Of a stretch of 64,000 bases of DNA, positions 27,735 to 40,415 are shown piece after piece. The notes beneath the pieces are model-generated. The model made no database searches. It saw only the letters and a list, made by a program, of their open reading frames with translations, and was not told where the DNA came from. Source of the DNA: the human T2T-CHM13v2.0 reference genome, Homo sapiens; assembly GCF_009914755.1 (NCBI RefSeq), contig NC_060929.1; one strand, 5' to 3'. A program made the position numbers and the translations under genes. The first letter of the stretch is position 1. Each line of letters opens with the position of its first letter.

Positions 27735-27895
27735 AGGCATCCCTGGGTTAAAGCCTGCCATTTATAAACTATGTGGTTTTTGGCAAATTATTTTGCATCT
27801 CTAGACCTTGGTTTTTCTATCTGCAAAGTAGGGAGAAATAACAGTGCTTGCTTCATGTAGTTGTTGTGAGGAAATCAGGTAATAATTATATAGTT
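27735..27895 (+). mobile_element. MIR
   Basis: cctgggttaaagcctgccatttataaactatgtgg...gttgttgtgagg. Confidence 0.75.
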
Positions 27896-27900
27896 AAGCT

Positions 27901-28198
<298 letters not shown>

Positions 28199-28214
28199 TT
28201 ATATAATTATAATT

Positions 28215-28460
28215 ATTGCTAACATTTATTGAGCACTACTTCCTATGCACTAGGCATTGTTATAGGCATTTTAAGATACATTATTTAATCCTCACAATAA
28301 CCCAATGAAGTAGGTACTTTCATCTCTGTTTTTAAAGATGAGAGGAATCCGATGCTTAGAGAAGACCAGTGACTTGCTCCAGGTGTCACTACTAGCATCT
28401 GGCAGACCCGGGACTGGAACCCAAGGCCATCTGTGTACAAAGTTTGTAGTTCTGTTGCCT
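28215..28460 (-). mobile_element. MIR
   Basis: gctaacatttattgagcact...ttaatcctcacaataacccaatgaagtaggtac. Confidence 0.85.
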
Positions 28461-31034
28461 GCCCTCTCCCCTCCATCCCCTCTAACCCTGCTCTGATCCA
28501 TTGCCTTTTAAATTGACTATATTTTCAATAACAACATAAACACCTTGAGAGCCAGGGTTGTGACTTGTCACTCAATAAATATTCGCCGGATGGATTACTG
28601 ACTCTTCTGATGTTGTTTAGAAAGACAAAATCAGAATCTGTTTAGAAGCAATGAGGAGTCCCTTAGAAAGCTTAAACTGAAGTGAGGATGGAGACTGTGG
28701 ATTTTCTGATATTATTATATATTAGACATGAATCTCTTCAAACTGGAACAAAAACTGGTAAACAGAATAATTGCAAAATATGTGCCAATGGCCTTGAAAT
28801 CAAAGAGGAGCAGGTCGCCTGAGGAGAAGCATATGTTTAATGCTTCACACTCCATGATGAGTCCTGGAGAAGAAATGAGGCTGGGCAGAAACAAGGCAGC
28901 CTATGTGGGGTTCACATCCAGAAATGAAGAAAAGCATTCTAATAATTTAATTTGAGGGGAATATAATTTCTCAAACTCCAAGAGTTGCTTCAGCCTTCAG
29001 AAAAAAGCTGTTGGGTCCCAAGATGGCACCATAAACAACGGCAATTCTCCTCCTCAAGCTGTGAGGTCAGATTTTATGTGCTGGGAAGAGATTAACTTTA
29101 TTGCAAGGAGAAGGATTTAATTGCAGAGAGTGATTAGCCAAATGCTTAGATCAATAGAATGCAGGTCAAACTGTGCTCAGAAATATCCATGGCTCTTATT
29201 ACATAGAAAGTTGAGGACACAGAAACCATTTGGGGACCCTGAGCCATTTGTGCATGAAGTCATCTGCAAACCTTTCCCTAGACCGCAGAAGCATCCTTCT
29301 CTTTACCCAGCAATGATGGCATGCTGACTCAAGGAACATTCACCCCTCCCCCCAACTCTTGGCATTAGAGAAAGTCAATAAAACAGCTGGGATCCTTGAA
29401 TGCTGTTTTCAAAAGTAGAGAAAGGATCCTGCCTGGTCTAGCTCTTTGTTGTCTAATTGCAACAAAAATCAATGGTTTTGAAAATGGAAAGCAGATAGAT
29501 CATTCCTCATTTATCCAAGATATTTGAGCAGAAGATGGAGTGACATTGTCTAACATGCTTTAATTTTTGCTCTCACCAAAGCCCTCTTTATTCAATGAGT
29601 CTGTGTTTGCACTGTTCTTATGAAGAAATTCATTGATAGCAATGGAATATGGTAAAGCAGATGAGCCTGTAGTACAAATTGCACCCTAGGAAAAAAATGG
29701 AGTGGTTTAAAAGTGGTATTTTACGTAAATGATACCTTACTGGCTAACCAGGCATCCCAACAAGTTGAGACTATGCAGAGGGGATGTGGCTTAAGGGGAA
29801 GGCTGTGTTTGCCAACTGGGAGCTCTAAATATGTTGCTTCACCTGTGATCTACACCTGACAAGCAGAGGCCCCAAATTCCCTTAATTATCGGCAGCTCGA
29901 TGAGTCTGACTTCCTAGTTCTTATTTATTTCCTAGAATCCAAATCACATGATGGAAAAGACCTAGAAAAGTGTCAAATCCCTACCTTGGCGAATAAAGCC
30001 AATAAAGAAGTAACATCAAGAAAAAGGCCAACTCTTTCAGAATTTTCTGGGAGGCTTGCAGATAACATTTTACTCATCCTGAAAATACATTTGTGAATTT
30101 GGTGGATGACAAAATGAACTGAGTGTGCCACTGAACATATGAAGAAGCTAGGGAGACAGTGTGTGTGATGCGCACATACACACATGTGCACAAGCAGAAA
30201 CACGCCTTTATGCAAGGTCACCTAGAGTCAGTGATAGGGCTATGAATTGTGCTAAGTTTCAATCTCTCCCACCAAGTTGTTTTAAGAAACTGTGCATCTC
30301 AGGCCTACCAAGGAAATGTATTCTTCTCCCTGATAGTTTGATGCTTCATTTCCACCTTTCCTAATAAGAGCTGTCATTAATTTTAGGTTGCCTAGGACTA
30401 AAACATACCTCCAGGAAATAGCTTGTGTATAACCTTTAAGGTATTGCTCAGCTTGTAAAATGCCTCTAGAATCTTGCTTGTAATATAAAAAAAAGAAAAA
30501 AAAGAGGTACCTGACTCTTTCCATTCCTTCATGCTTTTGCTGCATGGTCTGCTATGCAGACTGACCCCAAAGTCCTTATAAAGTCTTATGTTGTTGGCCA
30601 TCATCATATCCAGCCTGGAGCTTTCCCAACATTAAAAATGAAGCAACAGAGGTGCTGTGATATAATGGAAGGTACTCTGGGAGAAGAGTCAGCATACTGG
30701 AATTTTTGCTGCAGCTTAACTAGCAGTCACCAACCAGGATAGTATGAATGAGTGGAGTAATCTCTGCCCTTTTTTATCCTTGGCTGACAAATGGAAAAAG
30801 GACATGACAGAATGTCGTTTTGCAAACTGCTGAGTGTCATGTAATGCAAGACACTGCCGCCACCTGAGGAAGTATAAAAGTGCCCCCGACAGGGGAGCAG
30901 GCAATAGGGGACCTTAGTTTTAGCCTTGGCTCTACTTCTCATTGTCCCATGACCTTAGGTCTACCCCTGTGGGTCTCCATTTCCCTATCTGAAAAAGAGG
31001 GTATTGGTCTTATGACCTAGGTGCTCTGAAACCT

Positions 31035-31200
31035 TGTTACCCTAAGTATGGATCCTAGACTAGGAGCCTTTGGGAGACCTGGGGGCCTGGCAGAAATGCA
31101 GAATCTTGGCCTCCACCCAGACCAACTGAATCTGAACTTGCATTTTAACAAGCTCCTCAGATGATTTGTTTGTACATGAAAGCTTAAGAATCACTGGTCT
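31035..31200. mobile_element. MER5A
   Basis: agaaatgcagaatcttggcctccacccagaccaactgaatctgaacttgcattttaacaagctcctcagatgatt. Confidence 0.85.
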
Positions 31201-31524
31201 TCAAGATCTCTTCCAGATTTTTCATTCTATAATTATACTATAAGTGGTCCAGTGTAGTGCACTGTCACAGAACATCTATTTCATGAGACAGTGGCATAAC
31301 TTGCTATTCATGGCTAAGGAGGCATGGCAGTATGTTTTTGCTTATAGGTGTACTTCAGCACAGTCACATGAGACCAGTCAGTTCTGGCAGAGGAAAAGTT
31401 TGTCTTGGTTCTTCCCTATCTTTTTCTCTCTGATCACAAAGCTCACCAACACTGCTATCCAGTTGTGGGTTTAGATATACAAGATGATCATATTTCATAT
31501 TAAAAGATAATGTCAAAGTTGCTA

Positions 31525-32113
<589 letters not shown>

Positions 32114-32195
32114 TATCTTCTCTTAAATATTCTCACTCCACCTTTGTGTCCTCACATCATTCTTGCTATTTCAAACCCAGTCATACAATATTTTA

Positions 32196-32388
32196 GGTTT
32201 GTGCCGTCCAATGGGTTAATCAGTAGCCACATACAGTGATTCAAATTTAAATTAAAAACTCAGTTTCTTATTTGCACTAGATGACATTTCAAGGGCTCAA
32301 CAGTCACATGTGCCTAGCGGCTACCATGTTGAATAGCACAGATATAGAATATTTCCATCGTCAGAGCAAGTTCTATTGCATAGTGTTG
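32196..32388. mobile_element. MER3-like hAT-Charlie fossil
   Basis: tagccacatacagtg...catttcaagggctcaacagtcacatgtgcctagcggctacca...gatatagaatatttccatc. Confidence 0.8.
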
Positions 32389-32971
32389 TTTTAGAGAATC
32401 CAATTGCTGAAAATCATCACTCTATCACTGGCCTTGTTCTGTGTTTCACTGCTTCTCAGTATTGAAAGCTCTACTGTTAAATGCACACATTTAGAAAAGA
32501 TACCTCAGAGCCCCATTCACTAAGAGGTAAGAGGCTGTCTGGAAAGGAAGAACTGACCAATCCTGAATAGCCAACAAACTGGGAGTCCTAAAACTTGACC
32601 CTGACTTCAAGTTCAAAGACAGCATCCTAGAAGCCGGGGCTCTGGCGTGTGTTGCCAGCCTTGCCAGCCTTGGCTCTCATGGTTCACTGTGACAACTCCT
32701 CATTTCTATCAGGGGAAAGAAAGTCCAATCAGGCAAGTTTTATTTCCTCTCTGAAATAAAACAGAATTGACTTGCCAAGGTATCTGCAGGGACATCAACT
32801 GTTGGGCCTTAAATTACCTGGTAACTCTTCTAGTCAATTCTACTTTCATGTTGGAGTTTGCAATCAACATTTATCTCTATAGGACAGACCGTCTGCAGGT
32901 TTCTAATACCATTTTTATTATTACCTTGTAAATGTAAAATCCTCGAGGCAGAAATGCCAGCTGCTAACACT

Positions 32972-32972
<1 letters not shown>

Positions 32973-33015
<43 letters not shown>

Positions 33016-33017
33016 CA
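32973..33017. repeat. (TG)n(CG)n alternating purine-pyrimidine tract
   Basis: About 18 TG units running directly into gcgcgcgc. Confidence 0.95.
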
Positions 33018-33394
33018 CCCACTTCTCCAGTGATGAATGTCCTTGGGTCCTGGAGTTTCCAACAGCAACAAAAAGACATACCAAGGACTTGCCTAGAAAT
33101 TATGTATTGTATGGATCCAATGTCAGGGGCTTTGGGGGCAGCTTTCTCTAGTAGACCTGCTGAGACAGAATGACCTTCCCTTTCTCCGCCAGGGTAAAGC
33201 CTTCTATGTGGCCGTCAGGCTTTCTGCTTTGGAAATTAAGGCAAATAATGGAGACAGAAATTCTTGGCAAATGCTCACAAGCAGACACTTCACAACTGTC
33301 TCTCTGACAGGTATTAATAAATAATAGTTATCATTTATTGAAGCCCAACTTTAATTTCTCTGCTAATTTAGAAATTCATCAAGTCTCTACTAGA

Positions 33395-34085
33395 ATAGTT
33401 CTGGGTCTCAAAGAGCAGCCAACCCAATGAGGAAGGTAGGTATTTAATCTAGTAAGCACCCAAATAAATGTATATTGACTAATTATAATAATGGCTGGGA
33501 ATGAAAAAAATAAGGCACTATGGTAGCAATGAAGAAAGGAGGCCTTATTTAGAGGGAGTGGTCAGAGAAGACCCTCTCTGAGGAAATGACGTATCAGCTA
33601 AAACTGGAAGGACGAAGCAGCTAGCCTGCAGCCAGAGCTTAGTAAGCAAGGAGTGGGCCACGAGGCTGTGGGCACACAGAGACCAGATCTTGCGAGGTGA
33701 GTCTTGGTAAGGCGTTTGCTACTAAGAACAACGGGAAATGATTGGAGGGTTTGAGGCAGCAGGCTGACAAGTGCTTCATGTTTTTAGAAGATCACTCTAG
33801 CTAAAGTGTGAAGAATGGATTGGAGGTTACATGGAGCAGAGAGTGGAAGCAGGGAGACCCGGTAGGGGCTCTGTCTGTAGTGCAGGTGGGAAATGGCAGT
33901 GGCTTAGACTCACATGGTAGTACTGGGGATAGAGATAAGTGAAGAAATCTGTGAGATATCTTGGGGGAGTACAAAAAAGGACTTGCTAGCCAATCTGTTG
34001 TGTGGGGGTAGAGTAAGGAAAATCAGAAATCAAAGATGACTCTCAAGTTTCAGGCTTGAGAAGCTGGTGGGTAGTGGTGCTGTGT
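33395..34085 (-). mobile_element. L2 fragment
   Basis: gtggtcagagaagaccctctctgagg...tttagaagatcactctagct...atcaaagatgactctcaagtttcaggcttg. Confidence 0.85.
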
Positions 34086-34099
34086 GCCAGAACTGGTTT

Positions 34100-34670
34100 T
34101 GCATTCATAATTTGCAAGCCTGACAAATAGCCTTGTGAAAGTCAGGTATTGTTACTAACATCTCCCTTTACAGATTGTGTATTAGTTCGTTTTCACACTG
34201 CTGATAAAGATATACCTGAGACTGGGCAATTTACAAAACAAAGAGGCTTAATGGACTCACAGTTCCATGTGGCTGGGGAGGCCTCACAATCATGGTGGAA
34301 GGTGAAAGTCACGTCTCATATGGTGGCGGGCAAGAGAAGACAATGAGAGCCGAGTGAAAGGAGTTTCCCGTTATAAAACCATCAGATTGCGTGAGACTTA
34401 CTCACTACCATGAAAACAGTATGGAGAAAACCACCCCCATGATTCAGTTATATTCCGCTGGGTCCATCTCACAACAGGAGGCAATTATGGGAGCTACAAT
34501 TCAAGATGAGATTTGGGTAGGGACACAGCCAAACCATACCAGATGCGGAAACTCAGATAGAGCAAGTAATTTGCCCAAAGTCACACAGCTGGTGAATCGT
34601 CCAGCCAGGATTTGAACGCTTGTCTATGAGCAAAGTTCATGTATGCTCTTTCCTTCACCTTCACTGCCTC
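34100..34670 (-). mobile_element. MIR split by THE1 LTR
   Basis: ccctttacagat|LTR|gatgcggaaactcagatagagcaagtaatttgcccaaagtcacacagct. Confidence 0.8.
34178..34541 (-). mobile_element. THE1 solo LTR (MaLR)
   Basis: tgtattagttcgttttcacactgctgataaaga...gagatttgggtagggacacagccaaaccatacca; degenerate 5-bp TSD gattg/gatgc. Confidence 0.95.
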
Positions 34671-34720
34671 ATGACTGTGTTTTCTCATTCACTGACTTCC
34701 AGTCTCTATGGCTCCTGTCT

Positions 34721-35311
<591 letters not shown>

Positions 35312-35389
35312 ATATGGCTCCTATCTCTATTAGTCTATAGTAAGTGTTTTCCTTGGCTCATCACTCCGCTGAAAGTGTTTCTTTTTTGG

Positions 35390-35980
<591 letters not shown>

Positions 35981-36084
35981 ACTCCTACTCACTGGGGAAG
36001 TTGAGATACAGACTTGCCCAGTTTAATCTAAGAGATCAGGAGCCTGGATTAGTGGTCTTATTGGCATGCTACAGGGAACTGGGC

Positions 36085-36275
36085 CCAAGAGCTCTGAGTT
36101 AACTTTGGACTTTTGTCACTAACTAGTTCTGTGACGTGTGGAAGTTTCCATTACCTCTCTGAACCTTAGTTTCCCTCTTAGCTCAAAACAGAGGAAAGTG
36201 AAACCTGGCACTCTGACCTCATGGGGTGAGAATAAAATCCAAATATATGTGAAACAGCTTGCAAAGGTATAAGAA
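36085..36275 (+). mobile_element. MIR
   Basis: ttgtcactaactagttctgtgac...ttacctctctgaaccttagtttcc. Confidence 0.7.
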
Positions 36276-36459
36276 CTATACACATGGATGGTATCTCATT
36301 TGCCTCAAAATAACAAAGTTTCTCTTCAGCATGAAGATTCTGGAGCCTAGTAGATCTAAGGAGGCTTCGTTGTAGTACTTATCTGTTTGTTTATGTTTGG
36401 GCAAGTTGTCTTCTCTGAACTGAACTAATGAGGATAATAGCACTACTACTTTCCCAGGC

Positions 36460-36573
36460 CTCTTCTGAGGACTAAGTAACTCTAGTGATAGCAGTATATA
36501 TATATATACTGTATATATATACAGTATATATATATATACTGCTATCACTAGAGTTACTTAGTCCTCAGAAGAG
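36460..36573. repeat. Perfect 114-bp palindrome without spacer
   Basis: Checked base by base: all 57 pairs complementary, centre 36516/36517. Confidence 0.97.
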
Positions 36574-36604
<31 letters not shown>

Positions 36605-36676
36605 TGCTATCACTAGAGTTACTTTATATATATATATATATACTGCTATCACTAGAGTTACTTAGTCCTCAGAAGA

Positions 36677-36712
<36 letters not shown>

Positions 36713-36777
36713 TGCTATCACTAGAGTTACTTTATATATATATATATATATATACTGCTATCACTAGAGTTACTTAA

Positions 36778-36846
<69 letters not shown>
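36574..36846. repeat. Compound array of (TA)n tracts and four more copies of the inverted arm
   Basis: actgctatcactagagttactt starts at 36603, 36642, 36711 and 36754, separated by (TA)n; (TG)/(TA)n follows. Confidence 0.95.
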
Positions 36847-36847
<1 letters not shown>

Positions 36848-36853
36848 TTTCCA

Positions 36854-37093
36854 TTATAAAACCATCAGATTGTGTGAGACTTACTCACTACCATGAGAAC
36901 AGTATGGGGAAAACCACCCCCATGATTCAGTTATATCCCGCTGGGTCCCTCTCACAACAGGAGGGAATTATGGGAGCTACAATTCAAGATGAGATTTGGG
37001 TGGGGACACAGCCAAACCATACCAGATGGGGAAACTCAGATAGAGCAAGTAATTTGCCCAAAGTCACACATCTGGTGAATCATCCAGCCAGGA
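36854..37093 (+). repeat. Direct copy of 34371-34610 (THE1 end plus flanking MIR)
   Basis: 240 bp, 10 substitutions, no indels by hand alignment; crosses the LTR boundary. Confidence 0.97.
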
Positions 37094-37415
37094 CATATAT
37101 ATATCTACATATACATATACTATGAATGAAGCTATATATATAGTGTGTGTGTGTATATATATGTATATATGCTATATGTAGAGTATGAAGCAGTGCCTAG
37201 TGCATAGGAAGCACCTAATAAATCTTAGCCTTTTAATAATCATTAAAAAAAACCCCTCTCTTTACACACAAACACACATACCTCACATACCAATTCAACT
37301 TCTACACCAACAATTTTGGAGTTACATTATTTGGATGCATATTTTTGAAAATGTCACTAAGAATAAATATTACCTCATGCCCAACCTCAGGAGCAGCTTC
37401 TTCAAGCACAGTTAC

Positions 37416-37800
37416 CTATAAACTTTGTACCAAATAGTATGCCCCTCCAAAACCAACAGACCCTTCTTTGTAGAAGTCAAGTGGAAGCAACGCTTAGAGG
37501 TATGAATCAGTGTGTCGCTCGGTTCCATGGAGACAAATCCAAGTAGGCACTGGCAGCTGTCCGGGTCCTCAGTGAGCTGAAGCAGGCCACATGGCAAGAT
37601 AATTTTTAAAGTTTCTTAGCATCAATAAAACACCTCCTTTTTAAGAGCTCCATCTCTTAATTCAAAGTCGAAACCTTCTATTTTCCACTGCTCTGCTCCG
37701 CTGCTATTTCAGTTATTAGAACACCTGCTGTCTGAACGAGTTTGCCTCCCAAATAGCCGAATAATCAAAAGATGAGGAGACTTGCTTAAGCAGCAGGAAG
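37416..37800 (-). promoter_or_regulatory. Candidate alternative promoter / first exon or muscle-type enhancer
   Basis: Unique sequence with retained CpGs; E-boxes AACACCTGCTG (37720-37730) and CAGCTG (37554); minus-strand donor TAG|GTAACT at 37416/37415. Confidence 0.4.
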
Positions 37801-38352
37801 GAAAACTGGTGAAAGAAAGAAAGGGTTGACAGGCAGCAAGAGGAGGAGAATCCAGGAATAAATGGGACAGAAACGGAGAGAGCAAGCAGGAGGAGTCCTG
37901 GCAAGATGGCAACAGTTTAGACCAGGACAGGAAGTGGCAAGAACAGAGAAGAGACAACACCACACTCAGGAGAAGGCAGGAGAAAAGGGAAGTAAAATTG
38001 CTAAACCCTCTCACTTGAAGAATATCAGTAAGGCAGTGGATTGTGGCAGTTAAAGCCATGACTTCGGACACATAGAACAGGGACTGAAAACTGTGCATAC
38101 AAAGTATGCACTCAGTAAATGCTTTATAATAGATTATGAGCATCAGAATGGGGGTAAAACACTCCCTCCCCAAATAAATACTGAAGGTAGAGAAAACAGC
38201 TAAAAAAAAAAAAAAACCCTCCATATCCTATGGTCTTTTTTTTTCTCTTTTTTGGGGAGACAATGTTAGTTTTCTAATTTGCCATCTTCTTCAAACGCTG
38301 CTTTCTTCCCTTGTAGCTCTTCTACATGAAATCCAAAGATGACAGGTCCTTA

Positions 38353-39060
38353 TGTTACAGTAGGTAGCTATTCAGAAATGAGCAGAGTAGGAGAGGCCTC
38401 CCCTGCAACACACACCAGGAATGTCAGGAGACCATCAGGTGATGGTCAGGCAGTGTTAACTGTCTCTCTAAAATAATAATTGGTCATGGCCAGTGCCAGG
38501 GAAAGGCACCCAATAGATGGGAAAGTCTCCCAACAGACAGAAACATCTGAAACTGGTGATCAGCAGCTTCCTGATAAGATCTCAGGAGTTGGGTGAATGG
38601 GCTCAAGCATGCGCACTAAGGCAAAATGGCAGATTACCTCCCTCTGGAACACTGGATTGGTAAGGGGAAAAGCACCTCAAGTGAGCATGTATACAACTTT
38701 AGTAAACACATTGCACATGTGGTCCCCCCCAAGTGCTGGCAGGCCACTGCTCATGCAGACAGCCCACCCCAAGGGAAGAATCAGGAAAGAACATAAGACC
38801 CCAGAGGTATGACAACATGGAAAAACCCCAAGTCAAAAGTCAAACTGCGCACTTGATCTCTCAAGTTGTCTGCTTGGCCCTCTTCCAAGTGCACTTTCCT
38901 TCCTTTCACCCCTGCCTTGGTCTCTCCTTCTGTCTTATGCCCCTCAGTTGAATTCTTTCTTCTGAGGAGGCAAGAATTGAGGTTGCTGTAGACCTGTACA
39001 GATTTGCCTCTGGTAACATACTTTGGTGCCACGTGACTCAGATACGTTCCGCTGCTAACA
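38353..39060 (+). mobile_element. ERV1 solo LTR (MER50-like)
   Basis: tgttacagtaggtagct...ccgctgctaaca, TG...CA ends, perfect 4-bp TSD ctta. Confidence 0.9.
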
Positions 39061-39789
39061 CTTACAGTAGAAGGAGACATGGAAGCCATCTATCCTACTT
39101 CTGCAGAGCTGGAATCTCCTTCATATCATCCCTGAAGGATGTGCATGCTGGCACTGCCTACACTAGTCTGCTGGGGGAAATCCAATGCTTCCAGCAAGGT
39201 CCATTCTCTTCCTTGTGAACTGGATTATGAAAGTTCCTCCTCTTAACAAGCCAAAGCACTCTCTGCTGTTAACATCATCACTGGTCTTAAGACCTTCTGG
39301 AGTTAATTACAAAACCCGGATTTCCTCTTCCAATGTATATTCATTCAACACTCCTGCACACACTTTCATTGTATGCTTATTGAGAGCAGAGAGGCCATCT
39401 GTCAGGTTAATTTTTATCTTAGCAGGTTGCACAATACTTGACACACAGTAGGTGCTCACTAAGCATCTGAATGAATAAATGATATTCACAGAATCAAAGG
39501 ATTTAGAGTACCTACTAGGGGTGGTAAACTAAATGCCTTCAGGAGTGCACGCAAGTGAAATACTTAAGAGGAAGGGCGTGGCTTGTGGCTAATTGAGGAG
39601 TGAATGTTCTGCCTAAAGGCATTTGAATTCAAATTGTTTAGAAGGGTTGATTAGCTGGACAGACCCTTTTACTGTTGGGTTGCAGCCTGCGGGCTCCTGG
39701 TTTGTGACTCCATTTTAACCTATCCCCACTTTTCCACACACACACACTTTAGGAATCTGAATAGTCTCAATTATATTCTTTACAAATGC

Positions 39790-40130
39790 TAACTCATGCT
39801 CAGAACATCCCTAAGGATAGGGAAAGCAAGATCATCAAAACTGTTCATTATTTAAAAATCTATTACTTTGAGCTGAAAGCTGCTTTGTTGAAATTTTTCC
39901 CAATTGCTCCTAGTCGTGCCCTTTGAGGGTGGCAAAACAAATTGACTTCTTTTCTGTTTGATTTCCCTGCAAATATTTGAAGATATTCACCACTCCTCCA
40001 ACCTAAGTCTGCTCCAGATTAAAGTTCTTTCAGCCGTTCCTAATATCAAGATTATGAAACCTCCACTATCTTGACCACTCCACTATATCAATATTCCCCT
40101 CCAAAGTGTAGTGGCACACACTTACAGTAT
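39790..40130 (-). mobile_element. L3/CR1 LINE fragment, probably continuing near 40970-41240
   Basis: ttgagctgaaagctgc...attgctcctagtcgtgccc...caaatatttgaagat...ctaagtctgctccagattaaa. Confidence 0.7.
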
Positions 40131-40140
40131 TATTAATAAT

Positions 40141-40415
40141 AGTGGGCTCATGCCTGTAATCCTAGCACTTTTGGATGCTGAGGCAGGAGGCTCGCTTGAG
40201 CCCAGGAGTTTGAGACCAGCCTGGGCAACAAAGCGAGACTCCATCTCTACAAAAAAATTAAAAAATTGGCTGGGCATGGCAGCACAAGCCTGTAATTTTA
40301 GCTACTAGGGAGGCTAGGAGGATGACTTGAGCCCAGGAGGCTGAGGCGGCAGTGAGCCATGATTGCACTACTGCACTCCACTCTGAACAACAGAGTGAGA
40401 CTATCTCCAAAAACA
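40141..40415 (+). mobile_element. Alu (AluJ)
   Basis: cttgagcccaggagtttgagaccagcctgggcaac; gcagtgagccatgattgcac. Confidence 0.95.

Larger units (their letters stand above)
36335..37235 (+). mobile_element. MIR split by a ~690 bp compound insertion
   Basis: ttgggcaagttg...aatgaggataatagcactact...tgaggactaa before the insert; tatgtagagtatgaagcagtgcctagtgcataggaagcacctaataaatcttagc after 37175. Confidence 0.75.

Noticed and set aside
36538-36776. CRISPR-like repeat-spacer appearance
   Set aside because: Eukaryotic DNA, spacers are only (TA)n, repeats derive from the adjacent MIR, and there are no cas genes
37416-37800. Naming the host gene (a large developmental or muscle gene such as SOX6 was considered)
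   Set aside because: No coding exon in the window to support any name; needs BLAT
37709-38224. Longest ORF (171 aa, hydrophobic)
   Set aside because: Leu/Ser/Phe/Cys bias results from reading a purine-rich tract antisense, partly over a MIR-like fragment; no family resemblance
39515-39715. Possible hAT-Charlie MITE (similar case at 11275-11470)
   Set aside because: Terminus resembles hAT elements but family and boundaries cannot be supported by eye
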